A DNA stretch of 63,976 bases, the filler included, from Neolecta irregularis DAH-3 (lineage: Eukaryota): the NCBI GenBank assembly GCA_001929475.1. It is 21 parts of 21 records of this genome, joined end to end, with 100 filler letters (N's around TTAATTAATTAA, not from the genome) between each part and the next. Parts side by side here need not be neighbours in the genome. Positions count along the whole stretch, not along the records: positions 37,564 to 41,995 come from LXFE01001769.1; positions 42,096 to 45,190 come from LXFE01001771.1; positions 45,291 to 52,803 come from LXFE01001773.1; positions 52,904 to 53,987 come from LXFE01001776.1; positions 54,088 to 56,541 come from LXFE01001778.1; 16 more parts are not named here. One strand, given 5' to 3'. Shown here piece by piece: positions 41,537 through 54,863 of the stretch; the stretch's first letter is position 1; each line of letters starts with the position of its first letter. Under the pieces are notes generated by a model. The model searched no databases, had not been told where the DNA came from, and was given only the letters and a program-made list of their open reading frames with translations. The position numbers and the translations under genes are program-made.

Positions 41537-41995
41537 GAGGGCGAGGCCGCGGGCGAGGATGCGGGAGACGATGAAGGGCGCCTGGTGCATGGGCAGGGCC
41601 GCGGGGAGCAGATACGCCGGTGTTGTCGTAGGCGGAGTATCTGGCAGCGGAAGGAGATTGAAGAGAAGAGGAAGCGTAAGGCGCGGGAGGGACGAGCCAG
41701 AACCAGAACACCGTCGCCGCGAGCACGTAACAGGGCAACCTCTGACGCTGAATGGAATGGGATTGAGCGTAAAGAAGCGAAGGCCAACGCCAAAAGACTG
41801 CACAGGCATCCACAACCCCCACGCTTTGCCCAGCGGCCATGCTACAAGTTGCGTATACGGAACTGCAAGAGTAATAGACGGCGAGGGGAGAGAAAGGAGC
41901 TGGAATTTAGTGGTGATTCAGATGTTGCAGCAGAATGTTCATCGCCGATCCAGCGACCGTGATAAACAGACCATGCGTCTACATCTGGACTGTGC
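41537..41995 (-). pseudogene. OPT oligopeptide transporter remnant (N-terminal region fused to middle region)
   Basis: FITVAGSAMNIL and QLVAWPLGKAWGLWMP..FTLNPIPFSVR, followed directly by VFWFWLVPP..YDNTG..IVSRIL. Confidence 0.78.
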
Positions 41996-42450
41996 NNNNN
42001 NNNNNNNNNNNNNNNNNNNNNNNNNNNNNNNNNNNNNNNTTAATTAATTAANNNNNNNNNNNNNNNNNNNNNNNNNNNNNNNNNNNNNNNNNNNNGTGTG
42101 ACTGCTATAAATGAATGAACTATATTAAATAGCTGCTTCTTGTGCGTTGTCGCATACCTCTATCGTGTCCCAGCTGAGAATCTAACAGTGGGTTATTTTC
42201 CCAAGCTATGTCATCTCTTGAAAACTCTACAATCATAACGTGTGTGTTAATACACATGCAATTCTGCATTTCCATGTTATATTTGAGACACTCATAGCAA
42301 GAAGAATATCTTCAAATGGTCTGAAGAGAGTGGGATGTCGTGACCAGATGCATATTGAGGTAGTTAGTACACCTGGAAGGAAAGATAGCATTTCAACCAT
42401 GTGGTTTTGGGATAGTTTGGACCGAATATTTTCTATTTGACAATGATATT

Positions 42451-42530
42451 CAGGGTGGGTTCGCCAGCCACCATATTCGCCCAAATATCATGCATGATAT
42501 TCGCCAATTTAACATGCCTATTCGGCGCAC
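42451..42530 (+). mobile_element. hAT-like transposon terminus, same family as the one ending at 4185
   Basis: CAGGGTGGGTTCGCCAGCCACCATATTCGCCCAAATATCATG. Confidence 0.55.
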
Positions 42531-43494
42531 CGCAAATTCCGAAATAGTTTTGAGATATTCCTACTGTGATCTTAAAAACACTTCAATCAAAACATCAACT
42601 TTATTTCAATCACAGGCCATTATTAAGAAATACTTCTATAAGCAAAGACTATACTACTTATTTGCATAGAACACAAAAAATGCCCATCATAGCCTGAAGA
42701 TTGCACTACTCCCTGCGAATAATTCCGTTATTAGAAAGCAGCCTACTTGCCACTGTGAGCCGGCCGGGTGCATGGTCCCAGCTCTTTTCAGCATAGGGGG
42801 CATCTGCAGGCGAGAGGGGGCGCGGCGCGGGAGCAGGCGGGCATCTACTTGAGTGCTTGACTGCGACGGCACTCGTGTTGCTGTCGCCAAGGCGCGGGGC
42901 TCGCACTGTTCAAGTAGAACAGCACGACCCACGCCGCAATCGGTAGGAAAAGCAGAAAGAACTGCACGATCAGGAGTACAGTAAGCGCAACCAGGAGCAC
43001 GCAGGCGACGACACCCGGCCACTCGATGACGCAAAGAGCAAAGACCACAACCGCAGCGAGGAGAGCCAACCTGGCTCATGCCGGGCACAGCGCCGCCAGA
43101 GAGCAGCTGCGTGATGCGCGTAAATGCCTGCTGCGCCGTTGTGAGGCACTCGAGCTTGCGCTCATCGCTGGTTAGGGAAGGACATGTCGTAGGTGTGGAG
43201 GGAGGAAGGTGGCCGAACGCGTTTTGTGGAAATATCATCAAAAAATATGATGAAATCGAAATTTCCCAAAAGAAATAATCATATTTCCATTTTTGTACTC
43301 CAAGCGAACCACTGACACCCGTCCTCGTCGCCTGCCCTCCGCCCTCGTCGCCTGCCCATGTCGCCCGCCCTTGTCGCCCACCGGCTGTGCAGTAAGGAGC
43401 AGTGCCGTTGCGTGGGCCAGCGACCCCCGGCAGTTGATCAGGCCCACGCGGGTCCCGAAGGCTGCCACAGCTGGCCGTAGGCTATGGAATACAT

Positions 43495-43653
43495 TGTAGA
43501 CTATTATACATATTGACAAAGAGTATAGAGGGGCAGTTATTGCCGCAATAACTGCCGCTCTATAATCTGCTACTATAAAGCCTATATAGTATCTCAATTT
43601 GTAACACTTCGGGGTCTTGAAACCCCGATTGGCCGGGCTTTGGCCTGTCCACA
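43495..43653. mobile_element. Solo-LTR-like element with internal palindromes
   Basis: TGTAGAC...GTCCACA termini and a 41-bp inverted repeat at 43524-43564. No clear target-site duplication. Confidence 0.45.
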
Positions 43654-44012
43654 ACACTGCACCAAATTTCTCCCAGCTTCAGACCAATCAACGCATTTCA
43701 GGATGAGGAAAGACTCAAGATAAGGCTTGACACCATCTCGCAGGGAATGCTATTCTCAACGCGCTGCTCCTCAGGCTATGCCCGCAGGTTGGAGAAACAA
43801 GTTCTATAAATGTATTTATTGAAAAATCCTTCAGTTGATAAAACTAACTCGAGCATACATAAAAGTTTAAACAAAAACAAGACACTTCTGACCTTTGATA
43901 ACATACATTTGAGTATTATTGCTTGTTGAATGAGATGTCATTAAACTGCTTCCTGTTGACTTTTGCATGCAAACTGGATCTAAGTCTAACGGTAGCTATC
44001 TCACCATTTTCA

Positions 44013-44247
<235 letters not shown>

Positions 44248-46235
44248 GTTTTCAGGTTAATGAGTATTGACTATCTCTCGACTCTTTCAATTTATAACGG
44301 TTTACAAAACTACCTCGCTGACGAGTCGTCTGATATTAGTGGCTATGATCAGTGCATCTAACGGCGAAAAGATTGTTGAAGCACTGAAGACGGAGCACTC
44401 AAAGGTTTTCTTTTCGCAAGCTTTGCATCCTCGATGGTTGTAGCAAGACCTTCATCATAATGATGCTATCGATAGGCAGTACATTGGTCAAATAGTGAAG
44501 CGAAATTCGTGGCAACCCCGGGCTCTGTGAATACCCTTACAGCCATCTACCTTATCGCGCCTATCTCTTGGTGGCTGGTGCTGCCCCAGTACTCACGTTA
44601 GCCAGCTGTCAGTTAGCTATTGCCCACTGTCAATCAACCACCACCCACAGTCAGTCAACTACCATCTTTCAGGGCTTTATTCGCCCCGCTCAACTCTCAG
44701 TGGCTGCTGTAGATGGCGCGCTACCTGGGCATAGTCTTCGAGGCCGGCCAGTGCAGTTGCTCCTGCTTGGCACCAAACTCATCAATATTCTCTGCCCATC
44801 CGAGCTCTATGACGTTTTCTTCTACTTGCACTGCCCTTCTCCGAATCTGGATGCCCTCAAACATATTCGCGTCTCCAGAACTAGATCATGCGTCGCATAG
44901 GGTGAGGAATTAATTAAGATAGAGTGCTAGTTAATCCAATAACTTCCCTTTTCAGTGAACCGCTTCCATATTTTGTCATCCTATAATTAAAACCTACCTG
45001 CATCCAGCCATATAGTTGCCGCTGGAATTCCAAGGGTTGTGCTGTGTCAAATGCTGGATGGGGTGGTGGTTCATATTTCTGACGTCGGATGGGTACATCT
45101 GTACTTGAAACGCTGAATCCGGAATCTCTCTGACCAGCCACCCTGTCTCAGTATTGTCTTTCCTTGTTTCGCCCGGATGCAGGCCTGCCANNNNNNNNNN
45201 NNNNNNNNNNNNNNNNNNNNNNNNNNNNNNNNNNTTAATTAATTAANNNNNNNNNNNNNNNNNNNNNNNNNNNNNNNNNNNNNNNNNNNNTCTTTGTACA
45301 GGTGTTCACACCACAGGTATAATGTAATGGTCTTTGTACAGGTGTTCACACCACAGTGCCTTACAGTGTCGGAAGACTAGTACCAACGTTGGAGACCGGC
45401 AGAAGCAACCAATGTCTGGATGAGGGCATTTGTCAGCACGCGATCTTGGCGTGGGTGCTGGTATGGACTTAGCTTGGGTATTCTGCCGTAGGTACCTCAA
45501 GTAAAGTAACTACGTGTATTAGATATCGGGTTTAAGTCTAGTCAGTTAGTCTCGCTAGACACTACTTATATACCGACTCGGCACATGTGCTTGCTACCGT
45601 CATCTGCATGTTTGCCTCCCTATTGACTTGCTCGGTGGCGATGCCGCGATAGGCCAGAATGGGATGGGCTCACCCCTTGCTGCTCCCTGTGCTCCTCCTC
45701 CCGACGATTGGGTGGTGAGATGGTTGTACTTGCCATAATGGGGTAGAATCCAGCCCCCATAGTATTGGTGGACCGCACAGCCAATTCCGGTGGAGATGAA
45801 ACCAGAGGAGCAGATTGAGTCAAAGTCCGTATTATATATATCCGCCGCTCGATGAGAATCCAATATTCCGGATGATGCTCGTCTGCAAGATGTTTCATGC
45901 ACTTTCCGAATGTAATCTCTACCAATTCCCCGTTCTCAATCGACAATTGTGGCTAGAAAGATTTTCCCATACGATTAGTAAACGCGAGGACTTGGCGAGT
46001 TGTATTCGGGATGTTTTGTTTCTATGTTTGAAGCGAACGGTGGGAATTTCAAAGAGCGCGGGGATGAGGGTGATGGTTATGGAGACTATAGGGTTATTGC
46101 ATAATTCGGGAGATGTTCGCATGATTACTGAGACTGCAGATGAGAGTTGTTGTAGGTGAATTGATAATGATTTGACGGGGATTGGTGGATAAATGGTTAT
46201 TTATAGATATTATCATTACGAGTTGGAGATTAGTA

Positions 46236-48135
46236 TTATTTTAAAGTTGACAATATTTTTTTAACGCCTAATCCGAGATTGAACCATTTTTTGAGATCAT
46301 CGATTATACCGACGTCGAACCCAACGCGTCTCGTTTGACCACCGCTCATGCCGGCATCAACTTTGTGATTTTTCAAGGCGAGTCCATCAACGTTATACTC
46401 CATCCCCTTGATATATTTCAAACCAGTGAACAGAAAAGTTTGAGAATTAATATTTAAAATCGGTGGAGTGTAGAATGATTTATCGCAACATGGATTTAAC
46501 TGGGATCTTTCAAGATATTCGTCAACCGATGTCGGATCAAGTAATTTCGCCTTTGTAGAGACGATTCTTAAATCAGCAAATCTAGTCATCAGTGCTAATC
46601 ATTCCGGGTATATACAAATTCGGGAATAAAATATCCCAAACTTGTCTTTTTGTAATTTGAGTGAGGGTGATATGCCGGCGGCCAGTTTCCTTATCGACTT
46701 CAAACTCTAGTTCCAGGGGGTCGAGCTTGGTAGTATTCGACCATGGACAAGGAGTAAATGAAAGCTTGAATGAGTAAGTAAATACATCGTGAGATCCCTG
46801 GAGATTGGTGGGAATCACTGGGTGGAGGGTGTGTGTCAATTGGTTGATACGTGGGATACTTTACTGTTAGCAGAAGGCACAAGACATCAAGGCATGCTTT
46901 GAATAAAATGTTCGAGGAAGACGAAAGAGTTGCGCAATTTGCGGAGATGAATCTTGTGACCATTCAAACAACGAGAATCCAAATCTAATGAATTAGACAT
47001 AGTAACAGGGTATCACACGTCGCTTCGACATTGCTTCCTATAATATCTTGAAACATTTCGTTCCAGCTCTTCTTTTCCTCACCAACGATGAATAAAGTGT
47101 CTTCATTAAATTCAACATCTGTGTCCTTATCTTTGATGACAGATTTCTCTTCTCTCCATCTTACAAGATCTTTATTCCGATGTTTCCAGGACCAGGAATC
47201 AATATCGCTAACGGGGAAAAAGGTAGTTTTCCTTGACGAGGGGAGAATGTGTGTTTTTGGTGGGAGATCGTTGTAACAAGTTAAGAGTAACCGTTTGGCG
47301 ACTGCAATGTTTTCTGGGGAATGCCGTTGTGAAGTGATACGTACCTGGGGTCAATATCGTCTTCAAAAAGTAAATTTACTGTTGGTACAGGACTATTCAA
47401 AGGTTCAATAAAGGTAGAAGAAAGGCGTGCCACAGAGGGCAGAGTGCCTTGAGGAACAGGCGGGAGAATGGAAATATCCACTAATTCTGACATGAGGGTC
47501 TGCGGTTAGATTGGGATAAAGAAGAAATAAATACACTGATGATAGATTGGATTTTTTCTTCGAGAGCCGTGATGTTGTGCTTCTCGGCCTCAATGAGCAA
47601 AATTCCCTTTTTTGAATCGATAGTGATTTTTGCGTGAAAGGTATCGGCCAAGGCTCGAAGATTTTTCGCATCTAGGATATGAGCGGAAACCGCTGATCGA
47701 TTACTTGCCATCTTGAATCAGGAAGAAGATATCTCTCTTTGAGACTTGAATTTCTCTGACATCGAATTGTGTCTCGAAGACGCGCAGGCCCCAAACCTCT
47801 TTGAATATCCGAGCGATCAGGTTTGATTTGGTGGAACCGCCGAATCTTGTAAGACCCGAGATTTTTGCGTATTCGCGGAGCTGTGGTAGCAAATAGGATT
47901 TGCTCAAGGAGCGAACTAGGGACGAATAGGCGCGCGATGAGAGGAGCGAGTGCTCAGGTTTACAGGATTCTATTTCTGCAATGAGCGGTTTTAGTTCGGG
48001 TTCTTTGATAAGTGCATCCGAGTCTGTAGTGATATCTGGGAAAGGCGACGGAAGAGGCTGGGGCAGAGGAGCCTGCTTTCTGGAAAGCGGCAAAACAATG
48101 ATCCGGCGGGCAAATTGCGATACGGATAACGGCAT
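46236..48135 (-). CDS. SLS1: Probable Sls1 mitochondrial inner-membrane/nucleoid translation regulator, multi-intron
   Basis: LSKSYLLPQLREY..TKSNLIARIFKEVWGLRV..VSKRDIFFLI..LADTFHAKITID matches the fungal Sls1 N-terminal pattern. Confidence 0.6.
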
Positions 48136-48314
48136 ATACGTTGTGATGGAACTATATGCTGTGGTGGATTTATAACTTGTGACGGATGTTTAATAATTTT
48201 ATTGGCGAAGAAGGGAAAAGTGATCTGGATCCGTCGAGTTTCATCCCCGTTCCACTACAGCTCATATTCCAGCCCATATTTTCCATATATTCCAAATCTT
48301 CCCATTCCCAATCC

Positions 48315-50982
48315 ATGGCTGCTCCACTTGCCATGTGCCAGTCAAAACATGCCAAATTGATACTCAAAGTGTATCCGCGCTCCCGCCGCCTTGATTCGCA
48401 GCCAAACTCGTCTGAACTCGCATATCTAACATATTATGCCTCAACCCGCCCCGGAAAACTGCGCAAGGTCGGCGGATTTCTTGAGCGCAAGTCTGTTTCT
48501 GATCTCTGGCGCCGCCGCCACGGGTGCGCCTGTGGATATTGCTGCTGCTGAGCCTGCAGCGATGTGCTGGTCACAATCGACATTTTGTCCGCCCTCATCG
48601 ACAAATGCCATCTGCGCCTGAATCTGTTTGCCCACAATGTCGTCAATATCCTCGTAATGGTGCTTGGCTGCCGCGACCTGGTGCTGGTGGAACACACCGC
48701 CGCAATGGTATATTCTCCTTACTAGTCTCCTGATTTTTGCCAGTGGAAACAGTTTTGCGCTCACCATGACGGATCCATCATCGGCACCGACAAGGACTAT
48801 GCGCATGCGTTTGAGGAGGTTGTGCAGCAATATGCAGAACTCGCAATCACCGCGTGCCATACAGAGAGCCTGCGGTATATCAATTTGCCTTTTTATACCC
48901 TGATCACAGGATGAACTTGGTCGGCCAGGAGGCGATCCAGAGCATCACCCAGTCCGAAGCCCTTAATGCCTCAAACTCTCATACCCAGCTGTGTCTCATT
49001 GTCCCCTCCATCCTGCAAAACTTGTGTTATGACGACCTCCAGGAACTCCACAATCTCAAACGCAAACTCTCCCACCCGGGCATCCATCCTGCTCACAAAC
49101 ACCATCTCTCCACGGTCACCACCATCGACAACTCTTCAATGACTAGAGACATTCATCATTTAGCATACCAGAGCCTGAAACGTATCTTTGAACAGTCAAG
49201 TGCAACCCACATTCGCGCAGCAACATCCTCAGCCATTTCTTTTCTGAATGCAAAGAAACCAGATCTCGACTGGATCACAGAAATTTTCATTTATGCAGCT
49301 ACATGGACCGGCGTGCAGTATCGATTCTATATCATCACCGTACTACTTTCCGCATTCACCAACGACGATGGCAAATCCACTCCGAACGGATCTCCAAAGC
49401 ACCTTGTCGCGATAATGAGTTCGTTGCTCAGCTCAGAGGTTAATATGATGGGACTCGCCGTCATGGATGTCTTGGATTCCGTCATCCATCAGGTCATCTC
49501 AAAAACCCTCAAACTCGCCGCTAATGATTCCCCCTCCCAAGACGACGAAATCGTAGATGTCTTGATCAATTGCATATCCAGTCTTGCCACTCATGTATAC
49601 TATCATGATCAAATTATCGATATGACTACTTCTCTCATCGACCGATCGAGCCTGGCCAATAGCAGTCCCACAGGAAGTGTCTCCTCCACCACTGAAAGCG
49701 AAAAAAAAACATCAGACACAGCTAGAATCGCAGGTCTCAAAGCCGTTGAAAAGATATTTGTGGTTGCAAATTCGGGGAAAACCAGTCCGGTTCCAAGAAA
49801 TCATCTGCAGTTATCTGCCTGGGACAATGCAGTCTCCTTATTAACTTCTGGAGAACACGGTATTGTATTGGTTATGCGAGACTGACAATAGCTTGTCGAG
49901 TTGCATTTTTCAAAACTTTTGTCTCGTATCTTGAATTGGAGTATGTGACTGCAGCGGAAACACCAACCGACGTATTCAAAACCGCTCCTTGCGCCACTAA
50001 TCAACAGGCTCAAGAAACATTAACCTCTAGATTCCTTCAGAAACTCGTTGCATCATTATATGAATGCGCCTGCTCACCAAGTGCAACTATTTCAGATTAC
50101 ATTGGTCTCCATCTTGTTCTTTCCACCTTACTCGACAAAGTGGGATTCGTGAAAACGATAATGTATTTACCCATGATGTTCAAGCTCCAAGAATTGCAAA
50201 GTACCGCTTCGTGTACTCTGGTGGCCGCCTATCTGAGAAACCTTGCTACTTCTCTGCAAGCTGAAAAGTGGCTCGCAAGCATTGATCAAGAAGTTGAACA
50301 ACGAAAGAGAGACAGAGTTTGGGCGGAGTATATCATGTTTCCGCCATTATCGGATTTCGATATACCCTCAGCTTCAGATCTCGTTTCGTCTACCTTGTCA
50401 AATTCTCTGAGATTGGATAGAGCAGCAGTTGTTGAGGAAATAGCATTTCATATGCCTTTGTTCCCTGAAACCCGTCGAGAAATCCTGTTACTTGATTGGA
50501 CCCCAAGTGACGATCCTGCATCCAGTACGTTCCCCCCTTCTTTATATATATTGACTGAATAGACGGGACGAATATGCCCTCAAACAGTGCTTCCTTGCAT
50601 GTGCCAACGGGTAAAGCACCCCGGAAATTCACCTTACCGGAAAGTCTGCCCGAGAGTCCAGCTGTCACCAAAGTCAACGATCTCAAAGATGTTTTAAGTA
50701 TCTCCCCACATTTCTTGTTCCTAGCCTAACTACATTATTGCAGCTCGTCCAACTACCGCCCGGTCCCGTTCCCGAGCAAAGTCTTCCCCTCAAAGGCCAA
50801 GCACCGCAGTTCCCAACGTCCCCAACATCATTTTTGACCAACTAAATGGGGATGTGTCTCCAGAACCCTACCACGAAGCGAAGCGTAAAGTCGATATTGA
50901 AGAGTTGTTGAAGAAACTGGAGCACAGAGAGATGCAAAATCAAGTTTCTGTAGGCGGAGTCATCGAACCTCCGTACACTTGA
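48315..50982 (+). CDS. EFR3: Efr3 (PI4-kinase plasma-membrane scaffold)
   Basis: KHAKLILKVYP..PNSSELAYLTYYASTRPGKLRKVGGFLE, LATHVYYHDQIIDM and C-terminal EPPYT*. Confidence 0.93.
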
Positions 50983-51540
50983 TTTCTGGGCAGAGATGGG
51001 CAAATAGTCAAATTTCCATTCCATTCCATTATCTTTCCTCTTTTTCTTTCCGAGTCTTCGTAATTTTTCTTTTTTCTTTTTTCTTTTTTAATTTATATTC
51101 GGCATCACTATTGTACTTGATCATTCTGCGTTGTCGGTGGGGGATTGGGTTGAAAACGGTTCGGGTTTAAGTTTTTGCTTTGTGATGGAATCAGACTTGC
51201 TAATAAGTAATTCTTTCAAGCCTGGAGAACAAAAATTAGCAAGTAAACAAGTACAAAAATGTAGACTTGCTTGAATAGACTTGATAGACTTGATAGTTTA
51301 AGACTTTTAATGAGACATTGAATTTTTTATTAATACCTCTACCCAAAGTCCATCCTCTACACTGTAAGTACATTTTTCCCACTTCGATTTGCTCCAAATG
51401 ATTGACTTTATATAAGGGAAGGTAGAATAGAGACATGGGATTCCATATGCAGCTGCAGCTGCTTTATTGGAATTAAATCTTCCATTTTCTTAAATCTGTG
51501 ATATCTAATTGTACCACTAGTTTCCATTTTTAATGAGTGG

Positions 51541-51763
51541 TGTTGGAGAAATTTGGGTTTTGGAAATTTATGTTATTTTTGGCAAGGTGTCGGAATGGTG
51601 TCGGAATGATGTCGGTTGATACGCCACTGAGCTTAACGGAAATTGTATTTAGAAAGTATATAGACTTAGCGGGCATACCTTAACCTAAGCTCATAAAGTC
51701 TATAAGCTTAGATTAAAGAATATAACCTAGTCTTATTTGTACACAAGAGCTCAACACGTTACA
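51541..51763 (+). mobile_element. LTR family C copy
   Basis: AAGCTTAGATTAAAGAATATAACCTAGTCTTATT...CAACACGTTACA closely matches 59568-59625. The 5' boundary is approximate. Confidence 0.65.
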
Positions 51764-52351
51764 CATGGTGACTTGTCACACGTCACATACTCCCGGCAAC
51801 GAAGATACTCTTAAGAAAGCAGGAACCAACATAGGAGCAGAACTTGAAATGATATAGATAGGACAGCGGGTAAGTGAGCGAGTGATGTAGATAGCAATAG
51901 ACAACTAGCTGAGGGAGTTTCGGCCAGAATTCCGAGTGGTGTCGAATTTGGTGAAATTCAGATACTCACGATTCTCTACATGTGTTATTGGAACCGGCCG
52001 TTGCCACCTGTCGTCAAAAGTTGGTCCCGTAGTGTTCTATTTTCATCTTCTAGGTTGCAGGCCCGTCTTTATACAGACCATGTTTTCGTCTTGGTCAAGG
52101 TAATGAAAGTACTACTTGCAACTTTGATCCTCATCAAACTCATTCGTGGAGGGCTTGGGATCGGAATTCCTGATACTGAACGACCAAGATGGTACGCAGT
52201 GGATATATCTTCGAGTTACTTAAAGAATAGCCTTTGTTTTGTCGATGGACATCCATGTTGTCTGGAGAATGAATTGAGTTGATGCAATAGAATGCAAGGA
52301 GATGTCAATTCATATTTGTGCTTTACCATTGTGAGGTGTTGATGGGCCGAC

Positions 52352-52803
52352 CAGGGTTCCTAACCGACTGGACCAGACCGACCAAGACTCCTGGTCTGGT
52401 CCGTCTGGACCGCTGGATTCCTTGGTCTGGTCTATCTGAACAGACCATAGACCGGTCCAGTCCGTCTAGACCATCCTATACATTCAGAAAAATATTTCTA
52501 CCAGATATATGTTGCTTGGTTACAATGGGAAATGATGTATCTGTTGTCAACTTATACCTGAAGTCAAAGAGGTGATAGATCAAGGTACCCCACTGCTCCA
52601 ACTACCGCCACTACCACCGCCACTATTTTCTTCACTGCTAAAGCCAACTTCAATTTGCCTCGCCTCTACAAAATTCCCTTAACAAAGTCCCATTTCTCTT
52701 CTACTATTTATTCTTAACTATTAACTATGTATATGACATATTCAGTCTATCAGACCGTCCAGACCGACTTGACCTTTGGTCTGGTCCGTCTGGACCGAAA
52801 TTA
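52352..52803 (+). mobile_element. hAT-like non-autonomous element/MITE with (A/G)GACCG subterminal repeats
   Basis: Starts CAGGGTTCC. It has dense GGTCTGGTCCGTCTGGACCG and CAGACCG motifs in both orientations at 52365-52472 and 52750-52798. Confidence 0.6.
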
Positions 52804-53141
52804 NNNNNNNNNNNNNNNNNNNNNNNNNNNNNNNNNNNNNNNNNNNNTTAATTAATTAANNNNNNNNNNNNNNNNNNNNNNNNNNNNNNNNNNNNNNNNN
52901 NNNTGTGTAATTCTTCTAGTTCAGTCTTGAGTAATATGCAGTCTTTGGAAATTGCACCTGCGATATTGATTCGATTATCAAAGTTGAACGTAATTTTATC
53001 GATTATTGAGATTATTACGGTATTTAAAGGAAATATATTATTCTCAATCTGGCACCCTCTACAAAATGTGCTTCATATAATCTGTTCTCCATCTCGACAA
53101 CCATGATTCAGAGCTAAACCACGATAACAGTCCGTTCTTTA

Positions 53142-53609
53142 TCATTCTTTATATACTCTGGCTTGTATCTGGGTAGGGTCACAATTTTTGAGTTCCGGGA
53201 TTGTGTAAATGAAGCCACCATTACATTCCAAGAAATCTTGCTGACCTCGGACTTCGAGGTAACCCACGCCATCTATCTCAACGACGTGGAATATTTCAAT
53301 AGTTTCGCTGAAGTCGTGCTGTTCGGAATCGGCAAACAAAAAGTAAGCTTCCGTCGGCGGAGTCCCCACAATATGCGCAGATATCTTCTTACTAGTTTTC
53401 GATTTATCGTACTTCACAAGTGAAGAACCCTCAAAGTAAAAGATGTCTCCGGTACCACCCATATCTGCTAACCAGAATGCATCGTGATAATTTGTGTTTT
53501 GAAAAAGACTAAGCTCCGACCAATTATACTCGCGTTTGGAGTATAATTTGTATAATGTCTGGGCCGATTCGACAAAGGGCAATACAACGAGAAGAATGGA
53601 AAACTTCAT
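53142..53609 (-). CDS. Small secreted protein of unknown function (155 aa, intronless)
   Basis: MKFSILLVVLPFVESA signal peptide and two C-terminal cysteines. Confidence 0.7.
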   Translation of the reverse strand: MKFSILLVVLPFVESAQTLYKLYSKREYNWSELSLFQNTNYHDAFWLADMGGTGDIFYFEGSSLVKYDKSKTSKKISAHIVGTPPTEAYFLFADSEQHDFSETIEIFHVVEIDGVGYLEVRGQQDFLECNGGFIYTIPELKNCDPTQIQARVYKE

Positions 53610-53724
53610 TGGTGACGAGAAAAATGCTAGCCAAAGGTGTTTTATCATGATGGCAACACAAACAACCTTATGTAATAACCCTCAGGTCCGACATCGTTCA
53701 GTTTGCAGAGATCGCAAGTTTTGA

Positions 53725-53825
53725 TACTCAAGTACAAATAAGACCAGGTTTATAGTACTAGCCTAAATGTTGCATCTAGGGAAAGTATCTAGCCTAAATG
53801 TTATATTTTAGGCTTCTAATTACAT
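53725..53825 (-). mobile_element. Degenerate LTR family C remnant
   Basis: GTACAAATAAGACCAGGTTTATA plus a duplicated CTAGCCTAAATGTT, as at 5900-5990. Confidence 0.45.
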
Positions 53826-54087
53826 CATGTTTTATCCATAAAGGCCTATTCCACGCCTCTTGATTCATTGGTAAGGTGTACACAAGAGGTACATCCCTGC
53901 AATCTCCTGGGTCGCCTGACTAAAGCAGGGACAAAGATGAGGATTAGAAATAAGGATGGTGCAACTGGTTCTCTGGTCATCGGTCTANNNNNNNNNNNNN
54001 NNNNNNNNNNNNNNNNNNNNNNNNNNNNNNNTTAATTAATTAANNNNNNNNNNNNNNNNNNNNNNNNNNNNNNNNNNNNNNNNNNNN

Positions 54088-54863
54088 TGGTGTTGCCTGG
54101 CATTGAGAGTTTTGATTTTCCAGAAAGCTACACTGACCGTTCCTACCTGACCACTACTCAACGAGGTGAGATGGTGGCTAGGAATGATCAGCTTTTCTGG
54201 CCAGATCGTCATATGGTTCCACCTTCAAGCGCCGAAAACGTTCCAGTATTCAACGATCCAAGTCAACCCGCAGGTTATCTGGATATAGACAAGATTCCTC
54301 AAGAAGGCATACCAGTCTGTAATAGCAAGGATTATGGCGATATCCGGAGAATGTACGGGCCCAATTGCTTCCAAATCATTGCTGTTATTCTCGATGGTTG
54401 TGAGGTAATCCGGAGCGTCAATCCGGTTTTGACACGCCCTGGCTATTTTTACCGTCGAAGAAACCTAAGACTATCTGTGCAGTTATTATTTTCCCAGAAA
54501 ACCCCTTCGTCCTTCGAACTCGAGACAATCAATATAATCTCGGAATTTGCCCGAAGAGCGGGATGGAAAGATCCTAAGCGGTGGGCCGAAAAATATCTTG
54601 TGAACCTGGTGCGAAACATTCCCGACAATGAAAATGAACTACGTTCACCCGGAAAAGTAGATTGGCTAAACACCAGCAGATCAATGCAAACCGACAAAAA
54701 CACCGACATCGGTTTACCTACGGGAGAAAATCCAACCCTCTCACCTGTACTGTCCAACACGCTTCAATTTGTTCCTTTCAATTATAAGTACTCCCAAATT
54801 GGCAAGCCTTCGAAAATGACGCAGAGTTTGCTAAAAAAGTCGTCTTTTAATGATATACCCTGA
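54088..54863 (+). CDS. Hypothetical protein, 5' truncated
   Basis: Open frame of about 258 codons from the contig start; no family recognised. Confidence 0.55.

Noticed and set aside
42233-42484. HPTLFRPFEDILLAMSVS as a possible hAT dimerisation domain
   Set aside because: The match is weak, lacks the ERxFS motif, and lies outside the adjacent terminus.
51764-51780. TGGTGAC after the family-C LTR as a tRNA primer-binding site
   Set aside because: Only about 7 nt are suggestive, no gag ORF follows, and the intact family member lacks it.
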